A stretch of DNA of 62,617 nt, filler included, from Asterionella formosa (taxonomy: Eukaryota), in NCBI GenBank assembly GCA_002256025.1. It is 6 parts of 6 records of this genome, joined end to end, with 100 filler letters (N's around TTAATTAATTAA, not from the genome) between each part and the next. Parts side by side here need not be neighbours in the genome. Positions count along the whole stretch, not along the records: positions 20,937 to 31,296 come from NKIB01009592.1; positions 31,397 to 41,743 come from NKIB01009603.1; 4 more parts are not named here. One strand, given 5' to 3'. Under the pieces are notes generated by a model that worked only from the letters and a program-made list of their open reading frames with translations, did not search any database and was not told the DNA's origin. Of the stretch, positions 24,214 to 37,039 are shown one piece after another. Position 1 is the stretch's first letter. The number at the start of each line of letters is the position of its first letter. The position numbers and the translations under genes were made by a program.

Positions 24214-26589
24214 GGTGTGTCGATATGTGATTTTATTTTTTGTGCCTGAAGAACATTGAGTTCTTAAATGTTGAGCAATCTCTTAATCAGTTCTCGATGC
24301 CTCTACTGGACTGATTCTTGGCGAATGTGATAGAAATGGTCGTGATGAGAGATGTCTATGTCCCCGCAATACATATATTATCGTTTATGGCGACCATCAG
24401 AATGATGAATTTTTGGGACAGAACCACATTATGTGTTTTTCTTCAACGGATGGAGCCAGCGTGTCCCGGTTGATGTGTCGGCATCCACTATGGATGTGCG
24501 ACTCCCACTGGATTCAAGGCGTATATCCAGGACACCATTTCAAGAAACAACTTCTCGTAAAATTGCCTTTAAGTAAAGCGTACAGATTTTTATCTAAGTA
24601 TTCGAGTATTTATGTAAATATAATCTTTCAGCTCGGGCTAAATAGGTCGCTGTGAGTCAATTCACGATAGGTTCCCTCGCGAAGTTTTGGTTCCCAAGAG
24701 TCCAAGTTCACAAAAAATCATAGTCGTTGCTGGCAGGGGCATTTGATATTTTCGAGAGGACAGGCGGCTGAAGCGGTCTGTGCTTGGCGGAGCAAAGATG
24801 CCTGCAGTTGAACGTAATGAAACCGGGACTTTCTTCATACAAGTCTTCGCCAATCAACAAATTGTTATAAATGAGTGACACTATATGCATACTTCGGAGT
24901 ACTGCAAACGGCCGTTGCGTGCTTGTGAAGAAAGAGTTCTTGTGTATTTTGGGTTGCATTCCTTTTCCTCAACTCAGAACAAGATCGACGCATGTTACGA
25001 GTGAGACAAGAAACAATTGATACCCATTTTGCATGGAATCGTGAAACCTAGGTAGTCGTGCTAAATACTGTATTGTCCGAAACATACTTGATCTTAACTT
25101 GCTTGAACTCAATATGTTCACTATAAAAAATGGATCGTGTGACATTTGTCCGTTAGAGTTCCCAGTCAGGTAGTCTACTAATAATGGTTTTGAGTTCACA
25201 AGCCGGGTGTCCCAAGTGTAGTAGAGTAGTGGGATCCTTGCCAAGTTCGCTGAAATCAAACAAGTACAATGTAGTTTGGACGTCTTAACTAACTCTACAT
25301 CTCATCCTCAGGAATTGCATGATGATGGAAACTAGTGTACCTGGTACTACCTGGTACTTCAGTTAACACAACATTGCTAGACTTCGCTCGAGACTAAGAA
25401 ACTAGTGTACTACTACATGTACCTTACAATTACTAAGCCAAAGCGCATACATTTATCATACATGAATATACCTTGCATGGCTATTATATGAATGGCATTT
25501 TGGTCCAGTCAGACACAACATCAAATTGCAATCAGGGTAGTAAGTACAAGGATGCTTGTAACTGACTTGTGGGATTGAATATAAATATACCGTAACATTT
25601 TGCAAGTACCAAACCAACAACACATGACTGTTGAATGAAGTCGAAGTCGAATTGATGGCTATTGCCGCACATATTACAATAAGTACATGGTGTAGGAAAA
25701 TCTAGTTATATATTATTAGCATGCTTTTATAACGTTCATTCCGTAAAGAAGATGCGATCGAAATAGTATCGGTAAGAAAGTTGACAAATATTTATACGAG
25801 TATACTCCGGAAGGAAGAACCTGTGCATCACATGATAATCCGAGTTTTGAAGTACCGGTAGATGCATACCGGAAACCGGGCCGGTACCATCACATGTTAA
25901 CAGGTACCAGGTACCGGGTTCCACCTGGCACTGGTACTTACTACTTACTGTGTGCAGGCTGGCTGTGCAGCAAGTAGAAACACTCTCGAATCAGTCCGTC
26001 CGTCCGTACGCGTTGGTAGTTCTCAAACAATGGTGGATACACCTTAACAAGTTACTACTACCAGGTCGGTGCATATGTACTTGTACCATGGTATGATTGC
26101 CTTGTGCGTGCAACCGCCAATCAATATTTATTAATGGTGTGATGATTAGTTAGCTACGATATTGCCTACCTGGTACCGGTAAAAAGTACATACAGCATAT
26201 ATGAAAGGAAAATGATATTTCACCCGCCCCTAATGGCAAGACTCTTCCAACGTAGTAAACCCGGTAGTAGGGGGAGAAATTTCGAAATAGCAGGGGGACG
26301 AAATATCATTTTCCTATAAAAATATACATAACGGGGAGGATTGGTAACTACAGGCACCACGATATAATACAGAGAAAAGAGGGCGACACAAAGGTGTCGT
26401 GATCTTTTCAATTTCTCCTTTCCCCACCACCACCAACACTATCCTAGCCAGAGGACTCTAACAAGAGTTCCGAATACAGTAGCAATAACAAGATCCTACC
26501 AGTAATATATTCATTTCAAAAAGACTACCGGTAGCTCATCAAGTGTTGGATAATTACAACCAGGTATCATCAATTGAACCAACGCAACG

Positions 26590-28719
26590 ATGGACACAAC
26601 AGATGCACCAGTATTATGTGCCAGGGATGATATTGTTTCATCATTGTCAACTTCAGTTGTTGTTGCTGCCAACAATGAAGGACATGCAGCTGTAGTAGTA
26701 GCAACTGCAGCATCACAATCGTTACCGTCATTGCATTCGACGACTAACGTTGACGACCCGCCGCTGTCCATCGAACGGACTTGGGATCACTCCAACCGAA
26801 AAGCGATTGTCTACAACATTAACAAGTTTATGAAGAATAAGGACATTCACAAACTCCAAATTGAGTGGTTCAAGAAATTAAATAATCCAGCGTCGATCAG
26901 GATTGTCAAATTCAAAAAGCCTCCCAACGGGACGTGGGTCATGGTTACCATGGAGACAGAGGACATGCTGGAACCATTCCTGGCATTGATCAATACCAAT
27001 CGGTTTCAAAATAAAAAGGGTCAAGTCTTGTATGCCAAACCATCAAATAGTAAACTGGAACAGGAATTGGAAGGGATCACCGATGACACGAACAAAAAAC
27101 GCAAGGATCGTGAGGACAACGGAGAAGGTGATACTGACACGAAGCGCCACAAGGAACCTGATGGTCTCCTCACGGACGAAGCCGTTCGTGACAAGCTCAC
27201 ACCACTTTGGAAATTATCTTACCAGGATCAACTCAAACAAAAGAAAACGGAACTCATCAAACGATCATGTATGAAATTGATTCAAGAGGTCAAGGGGAAG
27301 TTTAAATCCTTGGAAAAAGAAGCGAAGAGGAATACCAATCGCAAATCTGTCAAGGTTTATGATTGGCTTTTACAAAAGCGAGCCATTGAAGTTGAAGAAA
27401 TCATTCCATCTCCATTGACGCAAGAATATCGGAACAAGTCAGAAATGACCTTTGGATATCGACATGAAAATGAAACAACCAAAGTTCCTGCCGTGGGGTT
27501 CATGGCATCTGGTTGGTCTGGCGGAGTCTCCAAACCTCACATGTTACAAAATGTACCCTGGGAAATTTGTGCCATTGCTGACATTTTTGATGATTTTTTG
27601 GCAACGTCCACGATTCCACCTTATGATTCACGGATCCATCGCGGCGTATGGAGAACCCTTACGATACGGTCATCGAAACGAACGGGAGAAGTCATGTTGG
27701 TTATCATTCATGCACCAGCCACTGGTGGAGCTGGGACTGACGAGAAAGAAGACTACAGTTTGATGTTTCCTGCTGAACAGGCCAGACTTGTGGACATGTT
27801 GACACATCAGGATCTGAGTTTGCCAGTGCGGAATTTTCCTGACGGTACAACTCCTCTTACGACATTGATTACAATTCCACTAAAGGTGACTTCTGTTTTC
27901 TTTCAAGAGTATGATGGACTCTCCAACCCGAAACCAGATCATCCAGTCCAGCACATCTTTGGGAAGACATCCATTTCCGAGAAACTGGGTGACTGCATCT
28001 TTCAAATATCTCCAGGTGCATTTTTCCAAGTCAATACAGAATGTGCCGAGCTCCTGTACCAACAGGTGGTGAACAAGGTCCAACAAGTATGTCCTGATCC
28101 AGCCAACACTATACTTTTTGACGTTTGTTGTGGGACAGGTACTATTGGTATGATGTGCATGAAGGCAGGCGTGGCATCGACAGTCATTGGTGTAGACATT
28201 AGTGAACCTGCCATTCAGAATGCAAAACTCAATGCCAAGCTCAATGGATTTACCCCCGACCAAACTAGGTTTGTGGCCAATCGTGCCGAACAAGTCATGA
28301 GTCAAGAATTGAACAAGGTGAAACATTTGAAGAAAGCCATTGTCGCCGTGGTTGATCCAGCGAGAGAAGGCCTTCACGGAGAAGTCATCCGAGCATTACG
28401 AGCCCAAGAACAGATTCAACGATTGATTTACGTGAGTTGCAATCCAACTGGGTCATTGATCAAGGACACTGGTTTGTTGTGTGCCCCACCTACGAAAAAG
28501 TATCCAGGGAAAGCCTTTCGTATCACTTCGGCTCAACCTGTAGACATGTTCCCCATGACGTCTCATTGCGAGATGGTACTTACGTTTGATCGTTTGACTG
28601 ATGAAGAAGGTGGAGTTGTATCTGACGAAACTAAGGCTCTGGCGTCCGACGAAGGGATATCAATGGAGGAATGTAAGCCCGACGGTGCGGATCCTGTCAA
28701 CGAGACAGAGCAAGCATAA
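26590..28719 (+). CDS. TRMT2A: tRNA (uracil-5-)-methyltransferase homolog A (TRM2/TrmA family)
   Basis: TPLWKLSYQDQL, EYRNKSEMTFG, ISPGAFFQVN, DVCCGTGTIG (SAM-binding), VDPAREGLH, YVSCNP and PVDMFPMTSHCE. Confidence 0.93.
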   Translation: MDTTDAPVLCARDDIVSSLSTSVVVAANNEGHAAVVVATAASQSLPSLHSTTNVDDPPLSIERTWDHSNRKAIVYNINKFMKNKDIHKLQIEWFKKLNNPASIRIVKFKKPPNGTWVMVTMETEDMLEPFLALINTNRFQNKKGQVLYAKPSNSKLEQELEGITDDTNKKRKDREDNGEGDTDTKRHKEPDGLLTDEAVRDKLTPLWKLSYQDQLKQKKTELIKRSCMKLIQEVKGKFKSLEKEAKRNTNRKSVKVYDWLLQKRAIEVEEIIPSPLTQEYRNKSEMTFGYRHENETTKVPAVGFMASGWSGGVSKPHMLQNVPWEICAIADIFDDFLATSTIPPYDSRIHRGVWRTLTIRSSKRTGEVMLVIIHAPATGGAGTDEKEDYSLMFPAEQARLVDMLTHQDLSLPVRNFPDGTTPLTTLITIPLKVTSVFFQEYDGLSNPKPDHPVQHIFGKTSISEKLGDCIFQISPGAFFQVNTECAELLYQQVVNKVQQVCPDPANTILFDVCCGTGTIGMMCMKAGVASTVIGVDISEPAIQNAKLNAKLNGFTPDQTRFVANRAEQVMSQELNKVKHLKKAIVAVVDPAREGLHGEVIRALRAQEQIQRLIYVSCNPTGSLIKDTGLLCAPPTKKYPGKAFRITSAQPVDMFPMTSHCEMVLTFDRLTDEEGGVVSDETKALASDEGISMEECKPDGADPVNETEQA

Positions 28720-29022
28720 AGGGCACTAGCTATAGTAAATTATTAGCGAATAGCAATAACGAGGGTTACTTCCATGGGTCCACTCCATATTTAACCGCAC
28801 TCAGATCTGCCCAGTAAGAATATTTAAGTTTCCGCTTAGTATAGCTCCCTGTTAATTTGGTTCGCTGTAACAAATGTATCATGAAATAGATTTCGAGTCT
28901 TATGCTATATCAACACAAGCCGAGATCATAGACCTTACTTCAATAGTCCATACTCCAACACAAACAAGAAGCACCCCCTACAATGCCGTCCATTAGGTGT
29001 AAATGTGTCGGAATTATAATTT

Positions 29023-29304
29023 TTACTGAATGCCTCGCCTCTTCATTTCTAATTTTGCCTCCTTTATCTCTCCTTCTAACTCTGTTGACGCTTCTGGATA
29101 ATCTCCCAAGGTGGCCACTCCATAAATAATGCGACTCGCTGCGTAGAGTGCCAATCCCAACAAAACCCAGAGCGGAAACGGTTGAACAAGCAGAGGAGAA
29201 AGTCCATAATCCCAGTACTCTCCTTGCTTTATCATGGCATACCAAACAGCCATGACTGCAGCAGTGTAGGCCAAAAAGACTTGATATCTGAGGATTCCTG
29301 GCAT
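29023..29304 (-). CDS. DPM3: Dolichol-phosphate mannosyltransferase subunit 3
   Basis: 93 aa with two transmembrane helices, then VATLGDYPEASTELEGEIKEAKLEMKRRG, which matches the DPM3 C-terminal pattern. Confidence 0.88.
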   Translation of the reverse strand: MPGILRYQVFLAYTAAVMAVWYAMIKQGEYWDYGLSPLLVQPFPLWVLLGLALYAASRIIYGVATLGDYPEASTELEGEIKEAKLEMKRRGIQ

Positions 29305-30024
29305 ATTCTATTTGTCTTCCGTTATAAATGATGGAATTTGGAGTCGTTTTGTGGGATTATAAGGAGCAGAGGTTGCTTTCTGATATATTGAACTTCTTGG
29401 CTGAGTTATAAGATATTGTAGTACTTGTATCGCTTCTGATGTTCAGGGTTCGAGTCACTAGACACAATGTAGAATAGAATTGTAAACAACACTGACAACC
29501 AAGCAAGGGAAAGAGGATGATGCTGGCTGGGGCTTCTGTGCATACCGGTATATCTCTTCTGGGATTGTCGATGTAGAATATGGAGTGATGAAAATAAAAA
29601 GGCAGGAGGTGAACTCCCTCAACTCTAGACCAAGTACTTAGAACAGCCATGACTAACAATACTGAAACGATGCATCTCCATGAATAAAGAATACCGGTAC
29701 TATGTATTGCTACCAGTACCACTGTACATACCGGGGTAAACCGGTATACCGGTTTGTATCTCATTGTTTTCGATGTGGTGGTTATATTTACCGGTACCCC
29801 TGGTACCGGGGGTACCAGGGTACCTGTAAGTAAAACCACTACGAGATGCCACTTGCAGTTAGTAGGTATCATTACCTCGTACTAGTGTACAGTTGAATCA
29901 TGATCATGATTGAGTTCGCACAACAAAGCAAACGGGCGTAACCTCGTATGTAGATACCTGGTAACAGGTACCATTGTTGTCATCGTGGCTACCTATGAAT
30001 AGGTACCAGGTACCACCTACCTGA

Positions 30025-30230
30025 TGAGCTATCTCGCTCAACTATAGACACACCTATAAGGTTAGGTTTGCATGAGACTACTGGTACATCAGATCTCTAT
30101 CAGGAGAGAACTTGACGAACACCTATTTGAATACCTTAGTGTCAACCTCGGAGATCGAGCTGCACACAAGGATTAACAATAAGAAGCTCATGTATTCAAC
30201 AAATACTATTACTTCTAGTTAGACACTTCA
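30025..30230 (+). mobile_element. Solo LTR, diverged relative of the Gypsy LTR
   Basis: TGAGC...TATTCAACAAATACTATTACTTCTAGTTAGACACTTCA. The flanks CCTGA/CCTGG may be a 5-bp TSD with one mismatch. Confidence 0.75.
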
Positions 30231-30737
30231 CCTGGTACCTGGTACTCCCTCCAGGCACAAAATAATGCATGAATTCTTAAAATTTCTCCAGGGCCATTTT
30301 GACTCTGACAATTTTCTCCAGCTCAATTGCAGGTTGTGGCCCCATCTTATCCCTAGTTTGGAGAACAAATCGCTAAGGTTGTTAAATTGACATGGAACAG
30401 GGAATTTGTTTCTGTGCATTCCTGTCTGAATATTTAAACTAAGTAGAAAACAGCGCCACATTGATAGATATTCTCGGACTTTATAACATTAAAAAGCATC
30501 AATGAATGTATTCAAACCTTTCAATCGTAGGCATTAAACAATTAATAAAAATAAATTTCTAAAGTATGAAAGGTCCAGGTACCCATCTCCATTCCTAGAT
30601 TGTGGCATGGGATGATACACCCTTCTGACTCTTCAAAAGTATTTTCTTCTTTAAATCTATGTAGTGCTGAAACATGCACACCAATACTTCCTTATTATGT
30701 ATGGACTAGTATAATTTGAATTGTAACTTTAGCATAC

Positions 30738-31277
30738 CTAACATTTATCTTGCCTTCGCATTAGGCGACTCAACTTTTTGGCAAATATTGAGTTTCGAGA
30801 TGAGCTTTCCCCGGGCTCACTTCGAACACGGCGTCTTCCTGGAGCGTCCGGGCGAGTTGGAGGAAAGACCTCCCATGATGATTCAGCTTCATCCATACTA
30901 TTACCAATTCCAGTACGAGAAACTGGAGACGTTGTTATGGTGTTGCATGGATACCTTCGCTTTAGAAACGTATCCTTGATTTTGGATAATCGACCGGGTG
31001 ATTCAATTTCTTGCCATGACTCTGACTTGACCTCGTTACGTTCAACTGACGGGTTCATCGAAACTGATGTTGCAGCAGTGTCGAAGGACTTTGAAGCTGA
31101 ATATAGGTTTCTCATTGTCGGTTTTTCTGGTGGTTTCTGTATTGGTTGCAGTTGTTCCTGCTGTCGTGGCCTGAAATGGGCTTCTCCAAACCGACTCGAA
31201 TTTTTCTCGAGGTTACAAAAGAATGCATTGGAAGGCAACTCTACCCAGGCAGACGAGTCTAATTCAGAATAGGACAT
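30738..31277 (-). CDS. Hypothetical low-complexity protein (may be 5'-truncated by the contig end)
   Basis: 179-aa Ser/Arg-rich ORF with gene-like GC and CpG content; no recognised domain. Confidence 0.5.
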   Translation of the reverse strand: MSYSELDSSAWVELPSNAFFCNLEKNSSRFGEAHFRPRQQEQLQPIQKPPEKPTMRNLYSASKSFDTAATSVSMNPSVERNEVKSESWQEIESPGRLSKIKDTFLKRRYPCNTITTSPVSRTGIGNSMDEAESSWEVFPPTRPDAPGRRRVRSEPGESSSRNSIFAKKLSRLMRRQDKC

Positions 31278-31296
31278 TGAAATGGTCTCTCTCGCA

Positions 31297-31396
31297 NNNN
31301 NNNNNNNNNNNNNNNNNNNNNNNNNNNNNNNNNNNNNNNNTTAATTAATTAANNNNNNNNNNNNNNNNNNNNNNNNNNNNNNNNNNNNNNNNNNNN
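31297..31396. other. Artificial contig linker
   Basis: N44-TTAATTAATTAA-N44. Confidence 0.97.
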
Positions 31397-31864
31397 ATTT
31401 GCTTGATGATGCCGTGCGCCTAAATAGTTTGCCATCTCCGTAGAAGTCAATACCACGACAAGATATACTATATTGTTTCAAATGAGGTGAAGGTTCATAT
31501 TGATTGTTGTATATCATATGATTCGGTGACTTCTAAACTTACCCTAATCAGTGTTCTTCATGGTTTTTCGGTCAATTGACCATTTCAGGCAATCTATCAA
31601 GATGATCAACTTGCTCCAAATCTCAAACTAATTACATAGCTGACTAGTCTATATGCTCGGGAAGGAGCCAGAACTCTCAAATTTTACATTTATTTAAGTT
31701 TTGATTGCAAAACGTGTTATTCTGTGTTAAATGGGTCATGGCAGTTTTTTACTGGTACCAATCTCTTTGATTGAACGAGAACATCACCTATACATAGGTA
31801 CCAGTACCAACACCACCTTGCTTGTTTTGTACGAGAAAAACGTGTGACTGTTGTTGGTACCATA

Positions 31865-32038
31865 TGAAGTATCTAACTAGAAGTAGTAGTATTTGTTGAA
31901 TATATGAGCTAATTAATCTTATGTACAACTTGTTTCCCAAGTTGACATCAGAGTTTACAATAGGTGTTAGTCGAGCTCCAATATATTTGATATAACCCTA
32001 ACCCCATAAACATCTGTATTGATGTGCAGGATTGCTCA
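31865..32038 (-). mobile_element. 3' LTR of the Gypsy element (PPT at 32039-32049)
   Basis: The minus strand reads GTGTGGGAGAG|TGAGCAATCC...AGATACTTCA, directly downstream of the integrase. Confidence 0.88.
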
Positions 32039-32059
32039 CTCTCCCACACTTGAGGGAAA

Positions 32060-34932
32060 ACCTTTTACCTATGAAAAGGTTTGATACGACGAATATTAAT
32101 TCGTTTTGTAATATGCATAGTGCTTTGAAAAGTAACTGTACCATTGGCATGTACTTCAATAATAGTATAAGGACCTTGTCCACAATCATCCAAAGTAGTA
32201 GGATTATCCAATAGTATTAAAATCTCGTCACCCACTTTGTAATCATAAGATCAACGACGGAAATTAACACGACGTAAACGTTGGTCAATTATCACTTGTC
32301 GACGTTGATATATAAATTGTAAATCTGTAATCAAAGAAATATTTAATATCATATCACGTTGAAAAACCCATGCTCCTGGTGAAATACGTAATATACTATG
32401 AATGGTAGCTCGAGCTGCATATGCCGCCGCTGCAAAACATGTATCCACAATATTTTGGGCTTGAAATTCATTGATTGGAGGATGAGCCTTGAACATCATA
32501 ACTCGTAGACTATTACTGATAGATTGATGTAAACGTTCACAGATAGCATTTGCTTGTGGATTCTTGACTGTAGTATTCACATCTTTAATTCCATTCAATA
32601 CTAACATGTGTAAGAAAGGAACACTAGTAAATTCACCTCCATTGTCATGTATACAATGTTCTGGACGGGGATATCTGGGCAACCAATCATTTTCAAATTT
32701 CATCGCAATGTATTCTGATGTTTTATTGTTGATACGTGAAATTTCTGCTAAATTGGTGACTGTGTCAATACAAGTTAGAGCACGAAACTCAATTGCTTGA
32801 GCAGCCACTGTTATCTTCCATGGACCAATTAGATCTACTGCGACTTCTGACCATGGTAATAACAATGCATTCCTGGGTGGAAGTTCACCAAAACCAGTAC
32901 CAGATAATTTTGTACGTTGACATGCTTCACATATGCTTACAATATGTTCCACTTTTTCTTTTAATGTAGGGTGATAAAAATGTGTAGCAATTGAGCATTT
33001 AATCTTGTCATACCCACATGAGCTAACATCTGATGATACCAATTAATAATAGGATCCAATCGTAGAACATGTTGGGTATGTAAAGTATTATAAATAAGAT
33101 TTCGATGATCAGTGTGAACATGGAGAACTGCACCCAATAACATAGAGCGAAATTCTTTGAAAGTTTCTACCACAGAAAGTATTTAGTATAATTCTTTGCG
33201 CAGCAGATAATTTGCGAGAATAATAAGCAACTGGGAGATCATTTTGCATAATGACCGACCCTAATTGATAGTCAGAGGCATCAGTAAAGATATGAAAAGG
33301 AAGATTATGATCAGGATAACGCATGAGTGTATCTGCAACTAACAATGCTTTCATTTCTTCAAAAGCTTGTTGATGGATAGGTAACCAGACAAATGGACTA
33401 GTTCCAATTAAATCCGTAAGTGGTCCAAGAACATGAGATCATCTAGGAAACATGTCTCGATAGTAAGTAACAGCACCAAGAAATGATCGAACTTGTTTAA
33501 GATTGGTAGGGGAAGACATATTAATCAATGCTCGGACTTTTTTAGACCAAGGTTTCAGTCCATTAGGAGTTGACCAATATCCTAACCAATCTGTCTCTTG
33601 GATGGCCCATTCACACTTAGATGGATTAATTGTAAAACCCTTTGCCTGTAAACGAGGTAAAATAGGGTCCAATAAATGAAAGTGATCCGAAAAATTCATT
33701 GAAAAACAACCCACATCATCAATATAAATTTCCACATCATCTAAATCACTAAGAGTCTGTTCCACATTTTCTTGTGCAATATCAGATGATTGTTTCACCC
33801 CCATAAGGAGATGTAAATATTTATATAAACCAAATGGAGTTAAAATAACGCACAAGTTTTGACTCTCCACATCCAATGCGAAAGTATAATATTGCATGGA
33901 AACATCCAATTTGGTGAAAAATACATATCCAGCACGTTTAGTGAGAATAGTTTGTATTCGAGGTAAAGGGTATTTATTGCGATTGATGACTTTATTGAGT
34001 TCACGAAAATCTGATACTGATCGGACACGTCCATCCTTTTTTGGAATAATAAAAGTGGGAGATGCCCATTTAGAAGCACCACATTTTTGTAGAACTCCTA
34101 TATCACATAATCGTTGTAATTCTGTTTTGAAAACTTCTAAATGAATATTAGCGATAGGATATGCTCGTTCATGACGAGGGACAGCATTTGATAATAATTC
34201 CAAATGTACCTGTTTATGAGGATAGACTTTTAATTTGCCATCAAATAATGTTTGATATTTAACCAATAAAGTTCGCAAACATGATCGTTGTAGTGTTGTC
34301 AAATGTATCTGTTTATCCACCACTGTATCAATATTTATGTAATTATATTCAGCAGCTTTAATTTCCAGCGCATATGAAGATTCCACAATCATAGGTGCAT
34401 CAAAATAAAATAATACATCACGTAAACGTTCTCCATCATCAAAGAATGTGAGAGGATGCATAGGAACAATCATATCCATACAGGACATGGTGTCATTTAC
34501 GAAATCAATGGTTAAACCAACTTGACAGAGGAAATCACGTCCTAAAATAACATCAAATGTGCATAGACCATTAAAAACTTGACACTTTTGTTGTAAAATA
34601 TGAGCGGATCGATTAAATGCTGGTAGAATCAGGTCATACAGCATAACACTGGCATGAGATGAATAAGTACGAGCTATGGTATGTATTAATTGGGAAGTCT
34701 CATTAGATAAAGAAATACCTTGAGGCATAACCCGTTCATGTATTAAGGATAAGGATCCTCCACTATCGAATAATAATTGTAGTATTTTATGCATAGGTAT
34801 ATCATCCACCAATTGTCGCGCTAAAAGGGACATCGGAATCAAATCAATTGATGTTAATATATCCTTAAGTAGGAAACCGGAATTGGGCAGTGACAGACCG
34901 GCCGGAAATATTCGTCTTGTGTGATGAGCCAT
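32060..34932 (-). pseudogene. Ty3/Gypsy pol (protease-RT-RNase H-integrase), disrupted by stops and frameshifts; no gag or 5' LTR seen
   Basis: LFDSGGS protease; VSDFRELNK..YPLPRI and [24 protein letters not shown] RNase H; H..H..CEAC, VDLIGPW, HDNGGEF and NPQANAICER integrase. The domain order is Gypsy-type. Confidence 0.95.
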
Positions 34933-35657
34933 TTCGTTTTCATTGGATTTCTTTTCAAGCTCTTAACGGATTGCATTCTACAAACATATTGTGCACTGTA
35001 GATGATGATTCATCAAAGCCATATGATGACTTGAATGGCAAATGAAGATTTTATCACAAAATCTCGTTCCTCTCGACATGGCTGCTTTGTCGTTGTTGCA
35101 AGAGTCAGAGTGAGGACTGGCAAGGATGATGAGCCAAACCACATTACTCTAACTGGTACATTATCCTACCAAGAATTTTAAATGAAGGAATCTAAAAGAA
35201 ACAATACATATAGCTAATAATTAAATTTCCATAGTCAAAGGGTTATTATTTAAATTACGAGGGCATTTATCAAATTTGTTAGATGATATAACAAAACATT
35301 ATGATCAGATGATCATAATCCTATGATGCATCATAGGAATATGATGGTTTTTATTTGCAGATGTAGAGGGGGCAGAGAGAAGGATGGCCGCAGTGTCGTT
35401 GTAGGAATAGGAGGGAGCCTGAGGGGCTGGAGCTTAGGCAAGGAGACAGTCAGAAGTATTGTCGATGGCAAGGTGAAACGACGGGAAGGTGAGGAAGCAA
35501 CTGCTCAGTTTAGCAAGGAAGGTGCAGCCAGGTCCCTGACAGCGATGGACCCGGTTGAATAATAGTGGGATGTCCAAGCCAGGTACAGGGAGACAGTTGG
35601 TCAGGCGGACGAAATGAGTGGCCCCTAACTAGATGGAGACGGTGCCACAACTATGTG

Positions 35658-36459
35658 ATGTATCATAGCTATGTGATGTACTTTATTCAATATTACATAT
35701 CATACCTTGGTGATGTATGCATCGATGTAACCTTATCATGATATCACAGTATCATCTTACCAATCATGATGACATGATTGGGAAGCAACTGTATTCTGCA
35801 TCGTGCTACAGGGTATATTATTATATCACGCAATTTAGTAGCGAAGTCACTCCACCTTTAATGTACAAAAGTTGACAGTGCACATACCGGTACTCACACG
35901 CTAATCAGGTTTGAGGTAACGGACAGTGGTTTGAATGAGCAAATGATGATATGGTACCAATTTTTCCAACGAAAGAACTTGTCTCTCTATTGATGAGGAT
36001 GACACGGACACCGACTTTTCCAGGAGCAAACAACAATGAAGAGACCCACTTGTCGCTCTATTGATGGTAACAAAGATGCGGACAAGTTCAACAGTGAATA
36101 CAAGAACAGCATACCATTGAAAACAAGTCGACAGTGTGTGCACGCACACGCCAAGCAAGTTTGAGGCAATGGACAATTCCAACAAGCAAATGACGATACA
36201 GATATCAAATGCTACCTACGAGCAAACAACAATGAAAAGAGCCACTTGCTTTCGCTCTCTTGATGGTATCAAAGATGTGGACAAGTTCAATAGTTAATTC
36301 AAGAAAGGTATGCCGATACAGAATACAGTTGCTTCCCAATCATCTCATCATGATTGATAAGATGATAATGTGATATCATGATAAGGTTACATCGATGCAT
36401 ACATCACCAAAGTATGATACGTAATATTGAATAAAGTACATCACATAGCTATGATACAT
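35658..36459. repeat. Foldback structure: ~146-bp inverted repeats (35658-35803 / 36314-36459) enclosing a ~95-bp direct duplication
   Basis: ATGTATCATAGCTATGTGATGTACTTTATTCAATATTAC... pairs with ...GTAATATTGAATAAAGTACATCACATAGCTATGATACAT. GAGCAAACAACAATGAA occurs at 36024 and 36220. Confidence 0.88.
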
Positions 36460-37039
36460 TGATCATAAAACTATGATGATTTTATAAAATGTTTATGATA
36501 TAATTTTGATTAAAATATGATTATGTTAAAATAATACAATGACAATAAAATACGATTAAATATGTACGCAAGTGTTACCAAGACATCATAGAATATAAAT
36601 CAAGCAATCATAAAGTATGTTAATTAATATATATGTTTGTCGTGTGATGTATACAGTTAAAGTCAACAGTTAATATGATAGTATTATACAGTGGATAGGA
36701 TCTAAGTATACAGATGCGTTGATATGTACATCACTATAATATGATTTGTGACAGCATGGAACATGGATTGATGCATATCACATACAGGTATCCTCAACAA
36801 CCAGCCATCACGTTCATTGTCGTGTCGTCCTTCCTTGTTTTAGCTATATACCGGTATATGCCGGCATGTGTATTGTGTAAACACTACGCTGGCGTAACAT
36901 GCATATTACACTGTGCTCTGTTCAACAATTACTACACTTGGTTGCCATCACACCAGTTGCACGTTTAGAAGCGCCGTAAAAAGCTCTGCATTTCCCTTCC
37001 ACTGTTTTACATCATAGTCTTCTGGCCCTTTGACAACTT

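Noticed and set aside
30021..30050. Hammerhead ribozyme core (CTGATGAG)
   Set aside because: No downstream GAAA or closing stems; the motif arises at the flank/LTR junction.
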